A stretch of 62,235 nucleotides of DNA from positions 7,255,766 through 7,318,000 of the forward strand of contig CDPCPM010000091.1 of the NCBI GenBank assembly GCA_976551045.1. Direction: 5' to 3'. A program made the position numbers and the translations under genes. Shown here one piece after another: positions 36,396 to 50,155 of this stretch; position 1 is the first letter of the stretch, and each line of letters opens with the position of its first letter. The notes under the pieces are model-generated. The model was not told where the DNA came from, did no database searches, and saw only the letters and a list, made by a program, of their open reading frames with translations. Origin of the DNA: Glaucostegus cemiculus (taxonomy: Eukaryota).

Positions 36396-38849
36396 CATTT
36401 ATTTTCCTCCCTGAATGAAACTATGGTTGTTTTATTAACCTCAGTTCTGACGAGTTACTTAAATTACCTTGAACCACGTTACAAGTTTTTATTGAAGATC
36501 ATAATGAAGTATTAGATCAAATGATGGTGGAAGCACATAGCAATGGTGATGAAGGGTTGGAAGTTATAGTGAGTAAGGTGCCAGATGATGTAAGACCACG
36601 TCAAGTAGACACTGTAACTCTTCTAAGTTTATTTTTAGCAGGATGGCATTGAGAACATGCACACAGCAGTAGGTGATTCAGATAGAGTCAGGAATCTAAC
36701 ACCGGATACGTGCTGCCATTGTCCAAATAAATGGTCCTGGAGGCAAGGTAACCCAGCAATGCAGTTTATGATTGCACTTGGATCTCTAACAGATATTCCC
36801 AATGCAGCTCTAAAACAGCAATAATGATAATAGTTTGCATTTTTATACACAGTCTTCATGCCGCAAACTTAACATTCATAGTCGTGATCAATGTCAGCTT
36901 TATCGGAGAATGGTCACAGTCTGCCATAAAATGGTGAATTTAGAAAACTTTTGAGTTTGCACTGTCTGATGCTCGGACTGGTCTGTTGGCAGAGTAGGGT
37001 CATAAGACCCACCTAAATTCATCCATCCTGGATGAACCTTAAGTCCTCCCCTTGTATGATTTCCATTGAATCTAGGGCTTTGGTCTGTAGGTGTAATTTA
37101 AATTTTTAATTGAATAACAAGAATTAGCAACAGAAACACAATTTTGGTTGAAAGTTGAAATATGAAACCGTGCAGAATTCATAATTAGTGATTGATAACA
37201 ACATTAGTCAGTCCATGCAGCAGTCATAATGAAAAGCCAAGTCTGACTGTACCTGTGATACTGTGATTCATAACTGCATTCTGCACTGAGATTGTGCAGA
37301 ACATTCTTTTGCTTCCATCATTGTTGACTCCTGGACTGAAAATTGGTTTGCCCCAGTGCAAACAGTAGACCAACACAGTGAACAGGCTGGATAAAGGTAA
37401 CTCCCACCAGTACTGCAATAGTTTGCGCTGATGACTGCAGGTTTGTGCTGTTGGTTAGTGGCAGACCCTGTCTGGATTCAAGTAATTGTGCATTACCTGA
37501 TCTCAGTTTCTCATTAATATGGAAATGAAGAATATGGTTGTTAGGTTAGAAGAAAGCTGTCATGTTTAGTGTGACAGATTTAATAGATGTGTTTGGACTG
37601 TGCATTCAAACTGTCTAGATGAGGCTGCCTTATCTTTGTTTAGGCAGTAAATCAAAAATGTAAGCATCACTTAATTAACATCTGTCAGCAGCTTGATGCT
37701 TTAGCATGTATCCACCAATAAAGCCCCTAAGGTATACAGCCGTGGCTCCAAAGTTACTGTGTTGTGTTTATTCTTTTTTGTATTTCTAATATTTTGATCT
37801 ACTAATTGTACATTCATTTACTCTGTGAAAGTGAATATTTTACTACTGGCCTACCACTGATATTTTCACTTAATATTACAAAAGTGCTGTTTGTAATATG
37901 TGCTCTGGTTTTGATAATGTGTTCTGAGTTTATTATTGTACCTTCTCATTGATACCACATCACAAAAAGCAGTAAAAATATAATAACAGGAAAAATAACA
38001 ATAAAACTAAAATGAAAGATGACGTTTAAGGCTAAATTCAGCACATGAGTGCTCCCAGAGGGCAAAGCTGCTTCTGTGATAGGGCACTCCCTGAATAGAA
38101 TGGCACATTGTGGGAGCACAGGTAAATTACATTGCACATAACCCATGATTTTAACTATTAAAATGAATGAAAGCAATATCTTGAACTTTAGATCCATTCA
38201 TCTTACCAGCACTATTTTTGTCCAGGAACACTTACTGCAAATTCAGCTCTAAAGGGAGTTTATGTCTGACAACGCTATTGCTGAATCTCCAACCTGACTT
38301 CTGCCATGTGCACAAGTCAGTGAGTTTATCCTATAATGAGGTGACCAGAACTGAACATAATATTCTAACTGTGGTCTAACCAGAGTTTTATAGAATTGCA
38401 ACATTACCTCGTGGCTCTCGAACTCAAGAGGCAGGTTGGATCTTTATCTTATGAATGTTGTGTGTAAAGCCCATCCTGATATGATTCAATGAATGAGCTG
38501 TAAATGGCTTGGAACTTGGTCTCTCAGCATACTCAAACCTAACAATGGTCTGCAATTGACTACCAAGGTTTGGCTGGTCTGGCGCATAGTCACAGTAGGT
38601 CGAAGAGCTTGCCATTGGTTCTGAAGATTAGCTCCACTCTGGTGATATGTTTGTTCAAGATGAGGTGTGTCTTTGCAGCAGAAAAGATTGAGAAAGAGAC
38701 TCACAATTACAGGATCTCTAAAATACCCAGGAGTATCCTGCTGTTTACAGATGTGGCTGTGAGGCTGTGGACAAGTAACAGAAATGGGGATAATGTTTGT
38801 TCCTGAGGCCTTGTGTTTCTGAATTGTGATATGGCTTTAACAAGTTCTT

Positions 38850-39190
38850 ATTGATCATGATTGGCAGCAAGGACAGTCATATCAATGGCAGAGTCACAGT
38901 TGAGGAGGTCTTTGAAGTATCCTTCCAGCGGCACTACCTCTCTGTTTCTGATGAGTTCAGTCCTCTTGTGGCTGTCATTGGGGTGGGATGATTTTCACAG
39001 CATGGAAGAGCTTATGCATGTCATGGATCTCAGTGAGTTGCAGAGCCTCCATCCACCATCTGTTCTTGAGGTCACGGGTTTTCTCAATGGATCTTTGTCT
39101 TCAGGCATCTGTGAAACTGCTTCTTTTAGCTTGAGAAAAGATGGAGCTTCCATTTCAAGAACACTCTACCTCTGATCTCTTGGTCATTCT
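38850..39190 (-). mobile_element. RTE-like LINE fragment
   Basis: Minus strand 'FKDLLNCDSAIDMTVL' resembles 33500-33550. Confidence 0.45.
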
Positions 39191-39199
39191 TATTGAACA

Positions 39200-39530
39200 G
39201 TTTGGCAGAGTAGTGCGGCTGGTAGAGCTGCTGCCTCACATTGCCAGAGACCTGGTTTAATCATGACCTTAGGTGCTGCCTGCATGGGATTTGCACGTTC
39301 TCCTTGTTTCTTCAAAGTGCTCAGTCTCTTGTGTTCCAAGGATGTGCAGGTTGGTAGATTAATTGACCACTGTGAATTGGCCCTGGTGCGTAGGTGAGTG
39401 GTAGAAGTTGGGGGGACTTGATGAGAAAAGGGAAAAGGTAAAATTGAGATTAGTGTTGGAGTAGTTCAAATGGATGATTGACGGTTAGCTGGACGGTGGG
39501 CCGAAGGGCCTGTTTCCATGTGGTATCTCG
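39200..39530 (+). mobile_element. V-SINE with CR1-type 3' tail (HE1-like)
   Basis: tRNA head GGCTGGTAGAGCTGCTGCCTCAC..GGTTTAATC and decayed V core. Ends GGTGGGCCGAAGGGCCTGTTTCC, as do CR1 3' ends in this window. Confidence 0.75.
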
Positions 39531-39659
39531 TTCTAGGCCCTGCTCCTTCTTGGTGGAGAATCAAAGAATTGTTTTACAGATGCCAATTATGGTAGACTTA
39601 AGTGCAGCCCATAAGATTTGAAACTTTTGCAGGTCCAAAATCGATGTACATTTCATTTT

Positions 39660-39800
39660 TTAAGTAATTTTGACTAAGGGGCAAATATTGGTCAGGGTGT
39701 AAGGAATGTAAGGATGTTAGCTCTCCTGTGCTTTGGCATATTATCAAGGGACATCTTACATCCACTTCAAGAAGGGACAATGGCTTATCATTAGGCACTG
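39660..39800 (-). mobile_element. Deu-SINE (SacSINE1-like) fragment
   Basis: AAATATTGGTCAGG and GGGACATCTTACATCCAC match the reverse complement of the Deu domain. Confidence 0.45.
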
Positions 39801-40119
39801 GAAATGGAAAGTGTTCTCATCCCAGCATTTAATATTATACACGTTAATGAACACTAGAGAAACGCAGAGCACATCTCCTCAACTCCAATATTTATCCCAT
39901 AACTTAATTGCATAACTAAGAACATTTTCAAGTAGGATCAGTTCAACTGACTGTAAGTAGACCTATTCTCCTCAGGAACTGCTCCAAAGAGTATACTATT
40001 TCTTGCATTTAGTATACATTCATTGTACATAAATCTCCACAGTATTTTCAGCCTCCATGATTTAAAACAAAATAATTTCCTCCATTGCTCACCATGGCAG
40101 GCTGGCAGGAGTCTGAGTG

Positions 40120-40810
40120 TGTCAGCTGTTGCTTGGTTGAAAGCACTTTTGCCTCTGCGCTAGAAAATGACTCAGAGACAGGAGCGCACAGTCTGAGCTA
40201 GTGTTTTAACACAGTACTGAATGAACACTGCACTGTACAAGTTGCCATCTTCTACATGAGACATTAAACTGAGACCCCATCTGCTCTCTCAGCTGGATGT
40301 AGAAGGCACTCAATTTGTAACTCACATTAAAAATCCTGTGGCACTATTTTGTTGCAGTGAAGGTGAGTTATCCCAGATGACTTGGATCACAATTTTTCCT
40401 TTTTTTCATATTTTCTTACCACAGGAAAGGAGGCCAGTCAGCCCATCGAGGTACTGCTTGCTCTCTGAGCATGCTATCAATGCCATTCCCTCACTTATTT
40501 CCCTGTAACCTGTACCATCTCACATGTTAGTCAACTCCCCATAATTCTCCTACCACTCACTTACACTAGGGGTAATTTACAGTAGCCCATTAACTTACCA
40601 TTGTGATATTGGAGGAAGCTGGAGCGCCCGGTGGGAGTGGGGTTGAATCCGTGTGGTCACAGGAAGAGCATACAAACTTCATCCAGTCAAACCCTCACTG
40701 AGCATCATCAAAGTTCAAGTTGTTATTTGTGGGAGCCTGCTGTATGTAAATTGGTTCTTCCAGTTTCGTAACTGCACTTGGTACTCACTAATTAGGTGAC
40801 TGCTTTGCAG
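40120..40810 (+). mobile_element. Deu-SINE (SacSINE1-like) interrupted by a V-SINE-like insert (40420-40690, -)
   Basis: CAGTACTGA..CTGCACTGT..ATGAGACATTAAACTGAGACCCCATCTGCTCTCTCAG..GGCACTATTT; the tail resumes TTTGTGGGAGCCTGCTGT. Confidence 0.7.
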
Positions 40811-40829
40811 AATATCCCATCAGTCTACA

Positions 40830-41385
40830 AGGGTGACCCTGAATTTCATTTTGCCTGTCACTTTAACTCTCCCTCTCCCAATCCCACTCCCATTATGATC
40901 CGCCTTTTGCCCACAACTTGGGTTTAATGATATTCAACATAAGCTTGAGAAACAGTATTTCAGCTTCAGATTAGCCACATGACAGCGTTTAGGACATAGT
41001 ATTAAATTCAGTTTAGCCATTCTAGTTTTTTTAACTCATCTTTTCAGAATTTTTTTTCTGTCTCCTGGTATTTCAGATTTTGTTTGCCCCCTCCTATTTA
41101 TTGTATGCTTTCTTCTATTTACCCCTCCTCCAGATATATCCTCACTACCCTTTTTCCACAGCCACCATGAGAGTTATATTACTCAATCTCTCCTGGTCCT
41201 TACTCTATCTCCTTTCCCATCTCTTATGTACACTGCCCTTCCTCCACTTCTCTACAACTTAAACCTTGTTTCATTGCTCAATTTTCCCAGTATGGGCAAA
41301 AGGTGAGTTACTTGAAATGTTAACTCAGTTTCTTTCTCCACAGATGCTGCTTGCCCAGCTGAGTATTTCCAGCATTTCCTGATTT
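40830..41385 (+). mobile_element. Penelope-like element 3' part (GIY-YIG C-terminal remnant plus terminal repeat)
   Basis: 'ACHFNSPS...HKLEKQYFSFRLAT*QRLGHSIKF', a pyrimidine-rich spacer and CAGATGCTGCTTGCCCAGCTGAGTATTTCCAGCA. Confidence 0.65.
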
Positions 41386-43109
41386 GGATAGATTAATCAT
41401 GCATGTTTGTCCAATTATTCCCCTCCAACTCTCCTGAATTAGGAACTTTTGACATGTTCTGATTGGTGAATAAAACCTTCTAGTTAGTTTTTTTATTTGT
41501 AGAATTTATTGGGATCTATAACATTAATAAATATATCAATAATAATCTATGGATAAATCTGACATTAAAAAATACTATGCTTACTGGGGCTCCTTTGGTA
41601 GCACTCTTGTTGCCGATTCAGAATGTCATGTGTTCTTGTCCCACAGCATTGTTGGATGTGTCAACATCCAATTAGACATTCATCTGATAAATTTAATGAT
41701 TTACTCTTGTTGTTTGTACTATTAGCATTTTAACATTTTATATAATTGCTTTAAAAGGAAGAATATTATACAAATACATTTACAATTTACACATTAGCAT
41801 CATGTCAAGGGTTTACGCATCTCCTTCATGTAAGTTCTGCAAAGAAATGGCTTTGACAACTTACAAAGCCCACGACAAGGATGAAAGTAATTTAATTTTA
41901 ATTAATTACATTTTCATTTATTTTGGTTGGCAGGGAAATAATGGCCTTAGATTGCTGCCAGTTTTGCACCCTTCTTGATTTTAACTTTTATTGACTTCAC
42001 CCACACCAATATAAAACAGATGGTCAATCCCATCCCATGCGTTTTCTATCAAGAGCAGGATTAAAATTACAGCTGATGTTCTTTCAAGTTTCAGTCCTTC
42101 CCTTCTGAAGGTCCTTGATTGTTGCTGAGGTGCAATCTACACACGTTGGTCTCCCTCCAGTGCCCTACCTAAAAGGCCATTCATCAGAAGGTTATATGGA
42201 GAATATGGACTATTCATGAATAGGAACAATGCAGCTGGATATTGTCCTCATAACTGAAACATTCCATCCCAGGCAACATCCTGGTGAATCATCTCTGCAC
42301 CCTCTCTATGCACCAGAAGTGATTGCACTGAAGCACAAAAACCAAAGTACTTTAAGCATGTGTAATTACCACATGGAAATCAGCAGTCACGACAACAATG
42401 AAGTCTATTCCATGGAATCATTTCAGCAATAAGGACCAATAGTAACTTATGACCAGTGTAAAACTGTCATGTGAAAGGAACATTTATCCTTGTATGTGAT
42501 ATATGTTGAAAGCTGCTGAATTGTCCCTGAGACCCTCAGAATTGCTTCATTGACTACTCTTGAAAAGCTTAGTTGATTTTCTTACGTTCTTAATTTTATT
42601 GTGACTATTATATAAATGGGACAATATGGGTCTTGGTCCTTCTCCCCTCACGGTTCCCCCCCACCCCCACAAAATATTTAGGAAGAACATTAAATGCCAC
42701 TGGCAAGGTTTTTATATTAAATTATTACCCTAATGGAGGAAATTTATTTTCCGTGCAGTAAGTAACACACTGCCCGACAATGAAAATAAAAAAGCTCGTC
42801 ATCAAAAAAGATGGAGGACAACTGATGGCAGTTATTTGATATTGATTTTTACTTCAGAGGCGAGTTATATAGGCCTTTCGCAAAACTGAGAGAAAAAAAA
42901 TCAATATCACACTGGGTAGACTATCGAATAAGTATGTGACTTTAGAAAATAAACTGGGCAATTCTTGAGCTATATATATCATGAATAGTAATTGGTATGC
43001 AAAGCATCAACTGCCTTTGCAATGCTTGCCTCTGTGATGTAAACACCTATTGTTCACAGTTGAAAGGTGATTCCTTAATCAGTGCATAAATATCAATCAG
43101 ATTTCAGTC

Positions 43110-43400
43110 CAGGCTCTTGCCTGTGAGGTCTCAAGCAATGCACCAATATCTATGGCAGTGTTTTCATTTCAGTGCAGTGTTGAGGCATTGATGTTTTTCA
43201 GATGATATGTTAAACAATTATTGTCAATGCTATTGATTTCCACATGGTAATTATGTAAGTTTCAAGCGCTTTAGCTTGAGCCTTTGCATGGACAGAAAAA
43301 AATCCTTTGTTATAATTTGAATTTAGCGAGGGAGTTAGTTGTTCTTCCTGGTGTTCTGTCCAAAGTCTCTACCTCAAAACCGGCATCTAAGACAGAAATA
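43110..43400 (+). mobile_element. Highly decayed Deu-SINE
   Basis: TTTCAGATGATATGTTAAAC and GGGAGTT..TTCCTGGTGTTCTGTCCAA. Confidence 0.4.
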
Positions 43401-43429
43401 TCAACAATTTGTATTTATTTAAGGTAGAA

Positions 43430-43625
43430 AATATCACAGGGCTTGCTTCTCTGGAGAGATACCAAACAGAATTTGAAACTGAACAACACACAAATAAATT
43501 AAGGCAGCTAACCTAAGCTTGATGAAAGAGATGGGTTTTAATGAGCTTCTTGAAGGTGCAAAGAGAGACAAAGTGTTGGAAAAGCTTAGGGAGGAAATTT
43601 CGAAGTTTAAGGTCTTTGGAGTTGA
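43430..43625 (-). mobile_element. L2-like 3' fragment
   Basis: AAGCTTGATGAAAGAGATGGGTTTTAATGAGCTTCTTGAAGG. A similar + strand copy lies at ~54290-54620. Confidence 0.45.
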
Positions 43626-43699
43626 TAACAGTGATGCAACAATTCAGCCTTGGTTTGATGGATTGAAAATTGGCTGTCTATTAGAAAACTAGGAGATGG

Positions 43700-44860
43700 A
43701 ATAAATAGGTTCCTTCCAGGCTAGTGGGATGTAACCAGTGGGGAACCCCAGGGATTAGTTTTTGGCCCCCAGTTGATTATCATTTACATTAATGATCTGG
43801 AGGAGGGAGTGAAATGTAAAGTTTTCAAGATTGCCTATGAAATGAAAATACTTGGAAGGGCATGTTGTGATGAGGACATTGCGATTCTGCAATGGGATAA
43901 GTGATAGACTGAATGATTGGACAAACACCTGGCAAATAGAGTTTAACATGGGAGAGCGTGAGGTCAGTTATTTCAATAAGAGGAACTAAAAGGCGGATTG
44001 TTGACTAACTGAAGAAAGACTGAAAACGAGTAAAGTCGAGAGTGATCGACGTGAATCAGAAAAAGTTAGCAGACAGGTTCAAGGAGTAGTTAAGTCGTCA
44101 AACAGCACATTGGCCTTTATTGCAAAGGGGTCGTAGATTAAGAATAGGGAGGTGTTGTTACAACTGTACTGGGTGAACATATGCCAGGCTACATTGGTGG
44201 AACGGCACTGGTGATGGTCAGCGGCTGGAATTCTCTGCTGCTCAGGGTGGCAGCGGCCAGATCATTAGATATATTTATGCCACAATGTTGATTGAAGAGC
44301 AAGATCACAGAGAACCCAAATGCAGCACACTGGTACAAGACTGGAGTCAGGATACTGCCTCAGGACCAAACACAAGCAGCAACTGGAAGGAAATCTTGCC
44401 TCAGAGATCTGAGTAGTAATCCCAGCACAAACTGAATCTTCAAGCAGGAATAGAGAACACAGGACTGCTCTGGAGTAGACCACTCTAAGCAGCTAGGAGC
44501 CAAAGTATACCCAAAGGTTGACCAATCCTCTGGCAACTAGTGTTAGAGAAACCCAGGTACTTATGCTAGGCCCCTGATTGATGGGGCTCAGGTGTGTGTC
44601 ATTGTGCAATCAGTCCAGCATGGAATCCATGTGCTGTACAATGAGGCATCTAAGGAGCCAAATCAAGGGCCAGTACTCAGAATCATGACAATTTAAGGTG
44701 GAGATAGATACATTTTGAAAGATGGAGGAACTGAAGGTTATGGGGAGCTGTCACAGAAGAGGAGTGAGGTCAGCAGATATCAGCATTGATCATATTGAAT
44801 GGCGGGGCAGGCTTGAGGACCCTGGTGGCCCACTCCTGCTCCTATTTTCTAATGTTCTTC
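43700..44860 (+). mobile_element. Old CR1 fragment hosting a solo LTR
   Basis: 'VTSGEPQGLVFGP..IYINDLEEG' and a CR1 3' end at ~44840. Confidence 0.75.
44278..44690 (-). mobile_element. Solo LTR (Gypsy-like), 413 bp, TSD ATTTA
   Basis: TG(C)CA...TGACA termini; ATTTA at 44273-44277 and 44691-44695. The minus strand has CACCTG, a TATA-like CATAAGTA and GCATTTGGGTTC near the end. Confidence 0.88.
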
Positions 44861-44944
44861 CAGTTATCTTGGAAGGCCATTGGATGGAAGGACATTACAA
44901 AAATGTGGTGAGACTTTAGAGAGGTTTCAAACCATGAGTGAAAC

Positions 44945-45085
44945 CTCTCTGAAGTCCTTTGGCCCAACTAGTCCATGCTGACCAAGATTCCCATCTAAGC
45001 TAGTCCCATTGCCTGTGACCAGCCCACACCCCTCCAAACCTTTCCTATCCATGTACCTATTCAAGTATCTTTTAAATGCTGTAAG
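44945..45085 (-). mobile_element. CR1 3' fragment
   Basis: 'AFKRYLNRYMDRKGLEG'. Confidence 0.75.
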
Positions 45086-45479
45086 TGGTTTAGATGGATA
45101 GATAAGAATGGAAGCAAATGATCGAGGATCCATCTAACTGCATGTTGACTACATTATCCTCCTCCAACACATTGACAGTCATGTCAACGTTTGCAAAAAG
45201 GTCACAAAGAACAAAGAGGAATAGGTAACTATTGTCACAATTACATATAATGCCATTAATGCCTCTGATAAGGACCACTTTAGGGGAATGGTAATAGCCT
45301 GATTGCAAATTAGAGATATCATGGTGTCTGCAAGGGAGGGTTGGTTAAGGGTAGGGTTTTTAAGAGCATTGATGGTACCAAATTTGAAGTAAATGAAGAA
45401 AGAGAACCATGATCTATTTCAGCTCCCACAGGGGTCAGAAAGTGCTGTTGGGTGGTCAGCAGTTTCGAAGGAACGGGAT

Positions 45480-45650
45480 AGGTGATCTGGTCACTTTATT
45501 TCAACACTGGTTTGTGGAAATATGCTCTGTTCAAATTGGCTGACACATTTTCTGCATTACAGAGGTGATGGTACTTCGAAAGTATCTTGTTGGCACCATG
45601 TCAATTCCTGAGACCTTGAATGGTACTATAAATAAAATAGTCATTCTTCC
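45480..45650 (+). mobile_element. Deu-SINE/L2-type 3' tail
   Basis: TGATCTGGTCA..TTTGTGG..CAAATTGGCTG..CATTACA..GGTACTATAAATA. Confidence 0.45.
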
Positions 45651-48600
45651 TTCCTTTGTTTCCTACCCATGTACCCACAGAACCAAACATAGATGGTAAT
45701 GTGAAAACAAAATAAAACTGATTATATTTTAAAACAAATTCAGGAGTGTCAATTCACAACCAAATAATTTCATATGATGATTACTTTAATTTTTTTTCTA
45801 CCAAAATAAAGTTATGAAGTGATATTTTGTGAGCAGCATCAAAGATTTACCTTGGCTCTAAGGTTAGGAAAGAAATGTACAATGGAGATTAAGTTTGCTG
45901 ATTTTGTTGGAAGCAGTCCAAGTCAAGACCTCTATAGCTCAATGCATTAACATTAATCAGGCATGTAGCCTCTGTGTAACAGACACTTGGGGTGGGCGTA
46001 TGGAATACTGCAGACTTTAAAAGGTTAAAGGTAGGTCTTAGGCTGGATAGAACTTAGGAATATGCAATGCTGCACAGGGTTGTCAAATACTGCCTCCAGC
46101 TCCCTACAGGGAATTAAAAGTGTCACCAAAGTTAAAATAGAGAATACAGAGAAAAAATTTTGCTGATTTTGGCACAGCAAAAGTGCAATGATAAAAACCA
46201 TCTAGTGACATATACTTGGGATTTTGGAGGAAAATAGAAAAATACAGAGGATTACTAATATCAACTTTCATGGGGTTCAGAGAGGGAAGTTGGATAAGCA
46301 GCAGTTCAGAAGAAGTAGGATAGATGATCTGGTCTTATGATTTACTAATCTTTCAAAAAATTCTAGGGCTATATTAGACCTAACCTTGAGGGAGAAACTT
46401 AATTACCTTCAAAGTTAGGGTATCTTTTATCAATGTGTATTTATAGTTGGAGAGTGATATGATTTCTTCTGGACCAATCTTCTATGCACAGGTTCTGTAG
46501 AAGGATTAAAGTAGCACTTAATCAAGTTGCACTTGATCAACTTGCACCTTATGGCTATTTAATCCTTCCAGTGAACCCTGCTATTTAATGACATCATGGC
46601 TGATCTGTCATCTAAAGTGATACATCTGATTTTACCACATGTTCTTCAACACTCTCAGTTAACAAAGATCTATTAATCACAGACTTAAAATGAATGTGCA
46701 ACACTGCCTAATGTGGAAGGACTTTCCAAAATTGTTTGCTTGTTTCCTACTTTAACTCTGGAAGGGTTGGCTCACATGTTAAGATGACTGTACCAAGCCC
46801 TAAACTCCTGAGTAGGCATAAATTGATTCTCACTATTTACTTTATCTGTTTCTCTTATTACCTTGTAAACTTTGATCAAATCACATTATACAGACAACAA
46901 ACCTAGTTTGTTAGTTTGTTTAATTGCTTCTTGTAATTTAATATTGAGAGTCCATGTATCATGCTGGTAAATCACACTGAACTTCCTTTGAGGCCAATGA
47001 ATCCTTTTGGATTTGTGCTAGACTTTCCCATGAATAAGTATTATTGATCACTCCTCCAGGTAGATCTTGCATTTACTACAAACTGGACTGAGCTATTATA
47101 TTCATGATATAGTATTAAATAGCTATATATTCATGATATAGTATTGAATAATAGCATTAACTGTTAATTTTAACATTGCACCTATGTTGAGTATTCTTAT
47201 GTAATTCTTGGATGCATTGATACATTGAGCTTGCAGCTTGTGGGAAGTAAACAAAAAGCACTCAAGAGAAAATGGCACAACTGTGCACCAATAAACTTGT
47301 TTATGTTCTGTAGAACAATGAATGAACAAAATACAGCTCGCACAATGAAATCCATCTTTCTTCTGTTTCATGGGAAGCAATGCAGCAATAGATTTGAAGC
47401 TGTTCCAGGAAAGCCCAAAAGCTGATTTTTAAACTAGCTGTTCCGAAGCTAATCTGTTATTCCTGGGTGTTCCTCAGTGTTGTCAGTGACAGGCCTCTAA
47501 GCAGTAATAATGTAACAGAGAACCGGTTTTATAGCTCTCAGTCTGATTCCCCACAATGGAGCATGAAGTTTGCAAAAGAAATTGTTAGAACAACCGTTAA
47601 AGCATAGTTAAAGAAACACAGTGAGTGATCAAGGACTATCTACAACTTCACAGGAGCCCATGACATAATCGCGTGACTCTATGAGCTGAGAGTGTTGGGA
47701 TATCAAATAATATTCACGCAAGGTCGAAATCAAGGCCACAGCAAACAAAGGATGCATTGAACTTGTCCTGGGCCACACACAGAATATCACCAAGCATTCA
47801 TTCCTGCAACTTGCTAAGAGGCCCCTTTCTCTGAGTGAATAAATGTATGCTGAAGCCTGACACTGTAGGAGTGCCCAATGTACTAAAATAGTTAGTTGGG
47901 TCTTCACTGCTGGCTCAGGGGCTTGTAGTCTTCAGCACCTGGGAGAAAACAATTTCTGTATAATAGGCCTTCTCAAATTATATGTAGAGTTCTTTTGAAA
48001 TACTAGAATGTGTTCTACTGTGTAAGCCACAAATGAAAAAAATTAGAAGATATGCAACAAAAACCTGGAGGATACTACCCATGGAGTTGAGGAACATCTC
48101 CACATTTACATGGCCTGAATCTATCCATTGTCTTTATCTCTGAATCTCAATTCATCTGTCTCATCATGAACCATTATCGTTGGAGGGTGGTGTTGTGCAA
48201 TGGGAGCAGGCACATTCTCTTGAATGCTTCAGTGAATATGTCAACAATGACTTGGAGCTTGACCTCTAAACATGTGCATATGCAAGTGTCATCTGGAGTA
48301 GTGACATGGTTTGAACAAGTTCATTGCCTATAGGTTAGTTCGATTCAACCAGGTTGGATCATTGGAAACTGGGGTGCATTATTGTGGTGAGAAAGATTGC
48401 AAGAATGTATGATGCACCATTGTCTCTGGTCTGCACAGAGATTATGTTTGCTGTGGGCTCATTAGCTATGGCTTGCTTGTCTTCACATTGCAAATATAGG
48501 ATGAAGGTGGATTTCTGAGGGCAGACAAATTTGAGAAAAGGTACTCCACAGTGCCTCTCAACTGTAAAACAACTTTAGTAGGGCCAAACAAGACCATGTA

Positions 48601-49464
48601 CAGCATTTAGTGCTGCCCTATATTTTTCTTCTTGCAGTTGCTGAAATGAAAATCATGTTCCTTGTGCCTATGGATGGATAAACTCCACTGTGATTTGGGG
48701 CAGGGAGAAAGTAGTTGAAGAGGGCCTTTATAATAACTTTAACAAAGAAATTCATTGCTTCAATGTATTCCAGTGCTGCAGTGATTGGCCTAGCGGTGGC
48801 TGAGAAGTTCTCATTTTCAATATTTTTAACCTTATTCAGCTAACTTGACACCTACATAACGTAGCAGGGACACATCACTGACAAATGCCAGCAGGTAGAT
48901 AGTGCAGTAATGTGAGCAGGCTTCTCCTGTCACGGAAATGATCTTTACCCAAGTATCAAGGACAAGGCTACAGCTCAGGCTGAAAGTCTCACTGTTTATT
49001 TTGCAGTCAGAGTAGACTTCCAGAAACTTTGGGCTCACTATTTCTCTTCCCTTTCATGAACATCAATCAGTTAGTTTTTCCTCAAACTGTGTCTTGTTGG
49101 CTTTGAGGTTTTCAAGTTATCTTTTCTCATGAGAGTTCCCAACAATCAAATATGCTTTCCTTTCAGAAAACTTTCCACTTCCTTGAATCAATGAATTCCT
49201 TCTTATCTCTCAGAATGTAGTGACATGGTCACCTTGGTTGTTGAATATCTGACCTCTCATCGCTAAAAATGAAATGAGAATTAAATATGAATTGAACCAG
49301 TCTTCATGTCCTATGTATGTTTCTTACAACACCTTTATTTGCTTATTCCTGCCAGATCACCCCTTCTCTACAGCTGGGAATTTTAAGAGAGCCACAAACC
49401 TTTAACAGCTGCTGTTCCTGATAGTCTACATCCCAAACCTGTTGCATTTATGTATTGACTTGAA

Positions 49465-50155
49465 TCATAAAATTGTACAGCACAGAAACAGGCTCTCTAA
49501 GCACACCTCATCCTGGCTGACTGTGATGCTAATCCCATTTGTCTGTATCCCTTTACTCCTTTCCTAGCTAAGTACCTGTTGAGATACCTTTTAAGTGTCA
49601 TAATTGCACCTGCCTCTAGCTCTCCTCTGGCAGCTCATTCCAGATAACCACCACTTCTCTGAAAATCTTGTCCTTTAACTTTCTCCCCTCTCATCTTAAA
49701 CCTGTGCCCTTTGGTTCTAGACTCCAGGGCCCTGGGGAAAAAAAAGACTCAGACTATCTATCCTATCTGTGTCCCTCTTAATTTTATAAACCCCACAATG
49801 TCACCCCTCAACCTTCTATATTCCAGTGGGAATAAAACCAGCCTATCCAATTTCTCCTTGTAATTACAGCCCTCCATTCCAGGCAACCTCCTGGTGAATC
49901 TCTTCTGCACTCCATGGCTACATATCCTTCCTGTAGTCTGGGAAACCAAACTGTACATAATACTCCAAATATGGTCCAAGCAATATTTTGTACAGCTGCA
50001 ACATGACGACCCAAATCTTATACTTAATGCCCTAGCCTATGAAGGCAATCACACCAAATGTCTTCCTCATTACCCTAGCCATCTGTGTTACCACTTTCAG
50101 CGAGCCAAGGACTTGCACCCCAAGGTCCCTCTGTACATCAATACTCCCAAGGTCC
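49465..50155 (-). mobile_element. CR1 3' fragment
   Basis: 'VQKRFTRRLPGMEG..YKEKLDRLVLFPLEYRRLRGD'. Confidence 0.85.
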
